Below are positions 57,567-64,000 of a stretch of DNA of 64,000 nt, one piece after another. This stretch comes from Pseudolabrys sp. (lineage in GTDB: Bacteria > Pseudomonadota > Alphaproteobacteria > Rhizobiales > Xanthobacteraceae): the NCBI GenBank assembly GCA_035556795.1, contig DATMEV010000089.1, positions 12,837 to 76,836 on the forward strand, in the 5' to 3' direction. The position numbers and the translations under genes were made by a program. Every line of letters starts with the position of its first letter. The stretch's first letter is position 1. Below the pieces are notes generated by a model that saw only the letters and a program-made list of their open reading frames with translations, was not told the DNA's origin and searched no databases.

Positions 57567-58358
57567 TTGTCGTTGATGATTCCCTCAAAACGTTTCGATG
57601 CGCGGCCGTGGATTGCCGGCTTTTGCGGTGCTGCGATTGTCGCGGCGATGGCGCTGGCGTGGTGGTACAGCGATGCGCTGGAGCTTGAAACCATAGAAGC
57701 CTGGGTCGGCAGCCTCGGCCTGTGGGCACCGATTGGCTATGTCGTCCTCTATGCCGTCGGCACGGTGGCCATGGTGCCGGGCAGCCTGTTCGATACGTTG
57801 GGCGGCGCGCTGTTTGGGCCGGTGGTCGGCAGCATCGTCAATCTGATCGGCGGCAGCATCGGGGCGTTTCTGGCGTTTTTCGCGGCGCGTTATGTCGCCG
57901 GCGACTGGGTCGAGGAGCGCAGTGGCCCGCGAGTACGTGAGATCAAACGCAGCGTCGAGGCCGAGGGCTGGCGGTTCGTCGCCATGGTCCGGCTGGTACC
58001 GGTTTTTCCTTATACCGTGTTCAACTATCTGCTGGGGCTGACCCGCATCTCGTTCTGGCAATATGCGGTGACGACGGTGGTTTGTATGGCTCCGAGCACC
58101 GTCGTCTATACGTGGCTCGGCCATGCCGGCCGCAATCTGGTCAGCGGCGAGGCCGGCGACGAGCCGATCCGCTACGCCCTGATGTTTCTCGGGGTGGCGG
58201 CAGTCGTCCTGTTTCTGCCGCGGCTGGTCAAGCGCTGGCAGAGTCGTGGGGACGTCGCCGAATCTGGTGAGAACGGGGCGGGAACCGGCGCGGTCGTTGA
58301 CAGCGCGGCCCGGGGTCCTTATGAACCCCGGCAACATCGAACCCGAGAGCCGTTATGA
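57567..58358 (+). CDS. TVP38/TMEM64 (DedA-related, SNARE-associated) family membrane protein
   Basis: [45 protein letters not shown]...[18 protein letters not shown]. Start may be the ATG at 57576. Confidence 0.8.
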   Translation: MSLMIPSKRFDARPWIAGFCGAAIVAAMALAWWYSDALELETIEAWVGSLGLWAPIGYVVLYAVGTVAMVPGSLFDTLGGALFGPVVGSIVNLIGGSIGAFLAFFAARYVAGDWVEERSGPRVREIKRSVEAEGWRFVAMVRLVPVFPYTVFNYLLGLTRISFWQYAVTTVVCMAPSTVVYTWLGHAGRNLVSGEAGDEPIRYALMFLGVAAVVLFLPRLVKRWQSRGDVAESGENGAGTGAVVDSAARGPYEPRQHRTREPL

Positions 58359-58480
58359 AAGTCCGTAACTCCTTGAGATCGCTGCGCGCGCGCCACCGCG
58401 ACAACCGCATCGTGCGCCGCAAGGGGCGGGTCTATATCATCAATAAGACCCAGAAGCGCTTCAAAGCACGCCAGGGTTGA
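58355..58480 (+). CDS. rpmJ: 50S ribosomal protein L36
   Basis: Absent from the ORF track because it is shorter than 60 aa. Reads [41 protein letters not shown] (41 aa). The ATG overlaps the upstream TGA stop (ATGA). Confidence 0.9.
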   Translation: MKVRNSLRSLRARHRDNRIVRRKGRVYIINKTQKRFKARQG

Positions 58481-58575
58481 AGCCAGGCGGCTTTGCTGCC
58501 TGTCACGCCACTTTGATCCGATAATCGCCGCTTCGCGCCATTGTCTTGCCAGGGGGAGGCTCTATCCTGCCCCGG

Positions 58576-59235
58576 ATGCGAGCAAGGCCGCCCCGATTGA
58601 TACCATCCATGCTGTTCGCCGTGCTGGCCACGGCGGTGCTGGTGGCTGCCGGCCCGGTGGCGGCCATCGCTCAGCAGGTCCCGGCTCCCAACGACAAGGG
58701 TAAATGGGTCCAGCCGCCGCGGGACCTGCCGAAGTCGCCGCGCGGCACCGACCCGACGCATAATCTCGATTTTCTCTTTGAGGCGCTCAAGGTGGCGCCC
58801 GATGATGCCACCGCGAAGGCGGTGGAACAGCGTATCTGGGCGATGCTGATGGTGTCACCGAGCGATACCGCCAATCTGCTGATGGCGCGGGTGCGCACCG
58901 CTGTCGAAGGTAAGGATACCGATCTGGCGCTGAAGCTGCTGGATTCGATCGTGACGATTCGTCCGGACTATGTCGAAGCTTGGAATCGGCGCGCCACTTT
59001 GAATTTCCTCCGCAAAGACTACGGTGCTGCGCTCGCCGACCTTGCTCAGGTGTTGCGTCGCGAGCCGCGGCATTTCGGTGCGCTGTCCGGTCTCGGCCTG
59101 ATCCTGCACGAGATCGGTGACGACAAGCGGGCGCTCGCCGCCTATCGCCGCGCAGCCGAAATCTATCCACGGCTGGAAAATCTCGCCGACCAGATCAAAA
59201 AGCTCAGCGAGGCGGTCGAAGGCCGCGATATCTGA
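58576..59235 (+). CDS. secreted tetratricopeptide-repeat protein
   Basis: Signal peptide MRARPPRLIPSMLFAVLATAVLVAAGPVAAIAQQ. TPR-like repeats (PDYVEAWNRRATLNFLRKDYGAALADLAQVLRREPRHFGALSGLGLI...). Confidence 0.75.
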   Translation: MRARPPRLIPSMLFAVLATAVLVAAGPVAAIAQQVPAPNDKGKWVQPPRDLPKSPRGTDPTHNLDFLFEALKVAPDDATAKAVEQRIWAMLMVSPSDTANLLMARVRTAVEGKDTDLALKLLDSIVTIRPDYVEAWNRRATLNFLRKDYGAALADLAQVLRREPRHFGALSGLGLILHEIGDDKRALAAYRRAAEIYPRLENLADQIKKLSEAVEGRDI

Positions 59236-59238
59236 ATA

Positions 59239-60672
59239 TCAGACGTCGGATTCGTCGCTGCCGACGAAGGCGATTCGCAGCATATTGGTTGCGCCCGGCG
59301 TGCCGAGCGGCAGGCCGGCGACAACGATGACGCGCTGTCCGGATTTGGCGAAGCCTTCGCGGAAGGCGATGCGACAGGCGCGGTCCACCATGTCGTCCAT
59401 ATCTTTGGCGTCTTCGGTGATTACACCGTGCACGCCCCAGGCCAGGGCCAGCCGCCGCATGGTCGATACGCTCGGCGACAGGGCGACGATCGGCGGTTTT
59501 GGCCGCTCACGCGCGACGCGCAGTCCGGTCGAGCCCGAACCGGTCCAGCAGACGATCGCCGACAGATCGAGCGTTTCCGCGATCTGTCGTGCCGCGTCGG
59601 CGATGGCGTCGGCGCCGGTTGGCTCCGGCGGGGTTCGCTGTGCGCTGACGACGGAGCGATAGGTCGGGTCGTTTTCCACTTCCTCGGCGATGCGGTTCAT
59701 CCGCGCCACTGCTTCCACGGGGTACTGGCCGGCAGCCGATTCGGCCGACAGCATCACCGCATCGGCGCCTTCGAAAATTGCGGTGGCGACGTCGGACACC
59801 TCGGCGCGTGTCGGCACCGGCGAGGAGATCATCGATTCCAGCATCTGCGTGGCGACGATCACCGGCTTGCCGGCAAGCCGCGCGGCGCGCGTCATCTGCT
59901 TCTGCACGCCGGGCACCTTCTCGATCGGCATTTCGACGCCGAGATCGCCGCGCGCCACCATCAGGGCATCGGCGGCATCGAGAATGTCGGCGAGGCGATG
60001 AACCGCCTGCGGCTTCTCGATCTTTGCCATGATCAGCGCCCGACCGCGTGTGATCTTGCGCGCTTCGGCGATGTCTTCAGGCCGCTGGATAAACGACAGC
60101 GCCACCCAATCGATACCGGCATCGAGCGCCGCTTCGAGGTCTGAGCGATCCTTCTCCGCCAGTGCCGAAAAACCGATGGTGGAGTCGGGCAGGCTGACTC
60201 CCTTGCGGTCCGACATTTTGCCGGCGACGGTGACGCGCGTGACGATCTGTTCCGGCGTTGCCGATTCGACGGTCAATTTTACTTTGCCGTCGTCGAGCAG
60301 CAGGGCGTGCTGCGGTTCGACCGCGGTGAAGATTTCCGGATGCGGGAGATAGACGCGTGTCTCGTCGCCCGGTGCCAGATCCTGGTCGAGCACGAAGCGC
60401 GCACCCGCCTTAAGCATGACCGAGCCGGCGGCGAAGGCACCGAGCCGCAGCTTGGGTCCCTGCAAATCGACGAGGATGCCGATCGGCCGCTCGAAATCGC
60501 TTTCGACGCCGCGAATTGCGGCGACCAGCTCGCGCATCCGCACGTGGCTGGTGTGGCTCATATTGATGCGAAAGACATCGGCGCCGGCTTCAAACAGCTT
60601 GGCGATCATCTCCGGCGTGGAGGAAGAAGGGCCGAGCGTGGCGACGATCTTGGCGCGGCGGAGGCGTCTCAT
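59239..60672 (-). CDS. pyk: pyruvate kinase
   Basis: KIVATLGPSS...GADVFRINMSH...ILVDLQGPKLR...MVARGDLGVE...IVATQMLESM. Confidence 0.93.
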   Translation of the reverse strand: MRRLRRAKIVATLGPSSSTPEMIAKLFEAGADVFRINMSHTSHVRMRELVAAIRGVESDFERPIGILVDLQGPKLRLGAFAAGSVMLKAGARFVLDQDLAPGDETRVYLPHPEIFTAVEPQHALLLDDGKVKLTVESATPEQIVTRVTVAGKMSDRKGVSLPDSTIGFSALAEKDRSDLEAALDAGIDWVALSFIQRPEDIAEARKITRGRALIMAKIEKPQAVHRLADILDAADALMVARGDLGVEMPIEKVPGVQKQMTRAARLAGKPVIVATQMLESMISSPVPTRAEVSDVATAIFEGADAVMLSAESAAGQYPVEAVARMNRIAEEVENDPTYRSVVSAQRTPPEPTGADAIADAARQIAETLDLSAIVCWTGSGSTGLRVARERPKPPIVALSPSVSTMRRLALAWGVHGVITEDAKDMDDMVDRACRIAFREGFAKSGQRVIVVAGLPLGTPGATNMLRIAFVGSDESDV

Positions 60673-61253
60673 CGTTTCGGGGTTCCGACAGGCGATTTTT
60701 CAGATTTCGACAACGGTGGTGTCGGCGGCGGAGCGACGGGAGGCGGAGTGTCGGAAACCTTGCCGGAATTCGTCAACTGCATCGTCCAGGATCGTTGCTC
60801 GCCAGTATCGACTTCATAGAAACCTGTCCGGTCGTAGCCGCGCGCCAGACAATTGTCGATGCCGCGGATGGTGAATTCCTTGTCGCGCGAGCACATGAAC
60901 GCCTGACCGGTCCATTCGCCGCCGCGATCGTAATCGACGGCGTAGACATAGTAGTATCGTGCGACCAGCCCGCCGCGCAGCAGAGCCTCGCAGGTGCGGT
61001 CCGAGAGATTCCACCAGCCTTCCGTCACCCAGCCCTCGCTGTCCTTGTAGCCGAGCGCAACGCCGACGCGGCTGCCGGAATAGTTGCAGATGGTGAAGTC
61101 AGCCGCCGCCGGCGTCGGTGTCGTGACGGCGATCAAAAACGCCACGAGCATCAGGCACGCCGAACAGCGCGTGGGTGCGCAGCCGGCAAGCTGCGTGAGG
61201 GCTCCGGGGAGCCGCAGACCGGAAGATGTGGAACAGGGCGCGGGAATTGACAC
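60669..61253 (-). CDS. DUF1036 domain protein; start uncertain
   Basis: ADFTICNYSGSRVGVALGYKDSEGWVTEGWWNL...YYYVYAVD...FMCSRDKEFTIRG is the DUF1036 pattern. GTG at 61253 was chosen to avoid overlapping the upstream glycerate kinase gene. ATG 61151 and track start 61337 are alternatives. ATGA overlap with the pyk start. Confidence 0.7.
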   Translation of the reverse strand: MSIPAPCSTSSGLRLPGALTQLAGCAPTRCSACLMLVAFLIAVTTPTPAAADFTICNYSGSRVGVALGYKDSEGWVTEGWWNLSDRTCEALLRGGLVARYYYVYAVDYDRGGEWTGQAFMCSRDKEFTIRGIDNCLARGYDRTGFYEVDTGEQRSWTMQLTNSGKVSDTPPPVAPPPTPPLSKSEKSPVGTPKR

Positions 61254-61296
61254 GGATCGCTTCTGGTTAAGGCTGGACCGGATTTCGCGTGAACGG

Positions 61297-62601
61297 TCAG
61301 GGCCTGTCAACGACGATCGCCCGGAAGTCATTGACATTGGTGAAGGTTGGTCCGGTCTGCAGCAGGTCGCCTAACCCACTGAAAAACCCGGTTGAATCAT
61401 TATCGGTCAGAAACGCGGCAGGATCGAGGCCAAGGCTGCGGGCGCGCCCCGCGCTCGTCCCGTCGGCGAATGCGCCGGCCGGATCGTCGGCGCTGCCGCC
61501 GCCGCCGTCGGTGCCGTCGGTGTCACCGGACAGCGCCGCGATGCCTTCGGTACCGTCGAGTGCCGCCACCAGCGCCAGTGCATATTCCTGGTTCGGGCCG
61601 CCGCGTCCGCTGCCGCGGATGGTGACCGTTAATTCGCCGCCGGACAGGATCACCGTGCGCTTGCCCTGTGCCTGCAGATCGCGGGCGAGCTTGGCATGCG
61701 CGGCGGCGATCTCGCGTGCCTCGCCCTCCACCTGATCGCCGAGAAACACGCAGTCGTAGCCGGCGGCTCGGGCCGCCGCTTCGGCGGCGCGGAAGGCGTC
61801 GGCCGGCCGCGCGATCAGGGTGAAGCGAGTATTATTGAAGACGGCGTCTCCGGGTTTCGGTGTTTCATTATCGGGATCGTTCAACGCACGGATGACGGTC
61901 GCCGGCAGATCGAGCTTGTAACGGGTGACGATGGCGCGTGCCTCGGACAGCGTCGAGGGGTCCGGAACGGTGGGGCCGGAGCCGATGATCGCCGGATCGT
62001 CACCCGGTACGTCGGATATCGCCAGTGTCACCACCGGTGTCGGCGATGCGACGCGCGCCAGCCGTCCGCCCTTGATGCGCGAGAGGTGTTTGCGCACGGT
62101 GTTCATCTCGCTGATCGTCGCTCCAGAGCGCAGCAGCGCGCGCGTCACAGCCTGTTTCTCGGCGAATGTCAGCCCCGGTACCGGCGCCACCCAGTTGGCA
62201 GATGCGCCGCCAGAGATCAGAGCCAGCACAAGGTCATCTGGCCCCGCGTGACCGGCGAGATCGAGCGTGCGCGCGGCAGCGGCGCGGCTGGCATCGTCAG
62301 GCACGGGATGCCCGGCCTCGATAACCGGAATGCGTTGCGTCGGACGGCCATAGCCGTGGCGGGTGACGGCCAGACCGTCGAGCCGATCCGGTGCGAGCCC
62401 CTGCAAATAGATGCGCTCCGCGGTTTCGGCCATGGCACCGGCTGCCTTGCCGCCGGCGAGCACGATCAGCCGACCGGCCGGCGGCTCCGGCAGATATCGA
62501 GGCAGACATTGCGCCGGATGCGCGGCGGCAACCGCAGTCTGGAACAGATCGCTGAGAAAACGGCGCATTGCGGAGGATTTCGGGTCGGGCTGGGACAGCA
62601 T
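61297..62601 (-). CDS. glycerate 2-kinase / hydroxypyruvate reductase-type protein (DUF4147 + MOFRL; TtuD/GckA family)
   Basis: LIVLAGGKAAGAMA..., HPVPD..., LISGGASA..., MOFRL part ILSGGELTVTIRGSGRGGPNQEYALA...GTDGTDG. ATG at 62601 has the best RBS (AGGAA). The track start is 62640. Confidence 0.82.
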   Translation of the reverse strand: MLSQPDPKSSAMRRFLSDLFQTAVAAAHPAQCLPRYLPEPPAGRLIVLAGGKAAGAMAETAERIYLQGLAPDRLDGLAVTRHGYGRPTQRIPVIEAGHPVPDDASRAAAARTLDLAGHAGPDDLVLALISGGASANWVAPVPGLTFAEKQAVTRALLRSGATISEMNTVRKHLSRIKGGRLARVASPTPVVTLAISDVPGDDPAIIGSGPTVPDPSTLSEARAIVTRYKLDLPATVIRALNDPDNETPKPGDAVFNNTRFTLIARPADAFRAAEAAARAAGYDCVFLGDQVEGEAREIAAAHAKLARDLQAQGKRTVILSGGELTVTIRGSGRGGPNQEYALALVAALDGTEGIAALSGDTDGTDGGGGSADDPAGAFADGTSAGRARSLGLDPAAFLTDNDSTGFFSGLGDLLQTGPTFTNVNDFRAIVVDRP

Positions 62602-62864
62602 CTTGTTCCTAAGTTCGGCGGGCCATTCACCGTGCAACATGGCATCATTTTCGCCGCACGAGAATGCGCAGCCCGGGAAACATGGCCAATCGTCGCAACT
62701 GCGGATGACATGGTTGTTAAACCGCGTTTTCGGCCCAACATCAGACGGGAGATAGCCGGCGTTGCGTGACGGAGCGATGTCTCTGCGGCCGCAGACGTTT
62801 CCGGTTGCGTCAGCTATGATCGTGCAGAGCGAAAGCGGCGGTATGGCCGCAGCGAGAGGTGGAT

Positions 62865-63164
62865 ATGGACGATAAAACCCGCACCGAATTGGAAGCTGCC
62901 GTTTATCGCCGGTTGGTGGATCATCTGCGCAAACGCACCGATGTGCAGAATATCGACCTGATGAATCTTGCGGGATTCTGCCGGAACTGCCTGTCCAACT
63001 GGATGAAAGAAGCCGCGGACGCGCGCGGGTTACCGATGAGCAAGGACGAATCGCGTGAGATCGTCTACGGCGAGCCTTTCGACGAGTGGAAGCGGAAATA
63101 CCAGAAGGAAGCGACGCCCGGTCAGCAGGCGGCCTTCGAGAAGGCGGCTCCGCACCGGCATTGA
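62865..63164 (+). CDS. DUF1244 domain protein
   Basis: ELEAAVYRRLVDHLRKRTDVQNIDLMNLAGFCRNCLSNWMKEAA is the DUF1244 signature. Confidence 0.8.
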   Translation: MDDKTRTELEAAVYRRLVDHLRKRTDVQNIDLMNLAGFCRNCLSNWMKEAADARGLPMSKDESREIVYGEPFDEWKRKYQKEATPGQQAAFEKAAPHRH

Positions 63165-63330
63165 TGGGTTGTCCGCTTTAAGGCGGTCAAATGAAATAAA
63201 ATCCTTCGTCGCGGCAGCTTGTGGATGACGGGGACCCTCGCCGGGCCGACGTTGACGATCGGCCTGCAGATTCCGAAACCTGCGGCGGAAAGGCGGCACA
63301 TCCGCCTGTGGACGGCGAAGGAGAGTGGCG

Positions 63331-63621
63331 ATGGTGTCGAGCGCGGCGGTCAAAGAGGAAGAGGGTGGAACGGAGCACGCTCATACCCGTTTCGCCAGGG
63401 AACAGCTCAAATCCTTTGTCGAGCGAATCGAGCGCCTCGAGGAAGAGAAGAAGGCGACGCAGGACGACATCAAGGATGTTTACGCCGAAGCCAAGGGCAA
63501 CGGCTACGACGTCAAGGCGCTACGTAAGGTGATCGCCCTGCGCAAGCAGGATGCCAATGAGCGGCAGGAAGAGCAGGCGGTTCTCGAGACCTATCTGCAC
63601 GCGCTCGGCATGGTTGCCTGA
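63331..63621 (+). CDS. gapR: DUF2312 / GapR-family nucleoid-associated protein
   Basis: [49 protein letters not shown] is the GapR/DUF2312 signature. ATG at 63331 lies 7 nt after AAGGAG. Confidence 0.85.
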   Translation: MVSSAAVKEEEGGTEHAHTRFAREQLKSFVERIERLEEEKKATQDDIKDVYAEAKGNGYDVKALRKVIALRKQDANERQEEQAVLETYLHALGMVA

Positions 63622-63679
63622 AGCCGGCAGAGAGCCGGACCATCCGCCGAGGCGGCTTCGCGTTGTGATCTTGATCGTC

Positions 63680-63712
63680 ATCCCCGGGCTTAGCCCCGGG
63701 GATTATTCGTTT
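63680..63712 (+). terminator. rho-independent terminator downstream of gapR
   Basis: 9-bp stem atccccggg / cccggggat with loop cttagc, followed by tattcgttt. Confidence 0.65.
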
Positions 63713-63768
63713 GCGCGCCGGCGCCGGCGTTTATCGTGCCGCGACCGAAATTTCGACGCGATGCCGCT

Positions 63769-64000
63769 TCAGCGCGGCGTCAGGAAAGCTGTGCGGCGGC
63801 TGCCGAAGTTCGCCGTTGCCAGGAACACCACGGCGTGGCCGGTGAAGCGGTCGGCGTGCATGCCGGCATGCGGATCGGCGGAGAACGTGGTGGTGAGCGT
63901 CATGTTCGGCTTCTGCATGGCCGTCGCCAACTGGCGCCGGTCGATTGGCCCGATCGGCAGCGCGGTCAGCGCGCCGGCGACGCTCGGTGCCAGCATAACG
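63769..64000 (-). CDS. hypothetical protein, partial; the N-terminus lies beyond the right window edge
   Basis: Open frame runs from the window edge to the stop at 63769 (...TTTFSADPHAGMHADRFTGHAVVFLATANFGSRRTAFLTPR). Composition is protein-like. No family recognised. Confidence 0.35.
   Translation of the reverse strand, partial: VMLAPSVAGALTALPIGPIDRRQLATAMQKPNMTLTTTFSADPHAGMHADRFTGHAVVFLATANFGSRRTAFLTPR

Noticed and set aside
61696-62769. 357-aa plus-strand ORF antisense to the glycerate kinase gene
   Set aside because: Shadow ORF. The minus strand has the MOFRL/DUF4147 pattern.

Overview
This is a GC-rich chromosomal segment (roughly 60-65% by eye). Its gene content and protein N-termini look like a Bradyrhizobiaceae/Nitrobacteraceae-type alphaproteobacterium; that taxonomic placement is inference only. 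I support about 65 protein genes. I saw no rRNA, tRNA, CRISPR array, transposase, integrase or phage gene, so no recognisable defence or mobile system is present. Main blocks, in order: (1) A Tat-exported, selenocysteine-containing formate dehydrogenase operon, fdnGHI-fdhE. Its in-frame UGA at 3196-3198 makes the ORF track split the alpha subunit in two. Three small unknown genes follow, one of them GcvH-like. (2) GST, a cytochrome c, hemC, an ABC-2 exporter and a minimal egtB-egtD ergothioneine module. (3) A translationally coupled PyrK-like / class-1B PyrD-like / M20 carbamoyl-amidohydrolase operon, placed directly upstream of pyrC and pyrE. (4) An aryl-CoA module: TetR, flavin monooxygenase, crotonase, a BzdR/BoxR-architecture regulator and a benzoate-CoA ligase. 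(5) A large HAMP-PAS-GGDEF-EAL sensor. (6) An amicyanin-like cupredoxin, a polytopic membrane protein and a di-haem cytochrome c peroxidase. (7) A roughly 16-kb catabolic island: hyuAB and a binding protein diverge from ligAB, an HpaB-family oxygenase, an atypical DHOD/DPD-like protein and a flavin reductase, followed by IclR, an ABC importer, a cupin and TctC. (8) A housekeeping block: hemE, rpmJ (missing from the ORF track), pyk, a DUF1036 protein, glycerate kinase, a DUF1244 protein and gapR. The most novel-looking candidates are the PyrK/PyrDB/amidohydrolase operon, which may be reductive orotate or pyrimidine catabolism, and the lig/hpa/hyu island with its Cys-less DHOD paralogue. All calls come from reading motifs and family signatures by eye; no searches or RNA folding were run.
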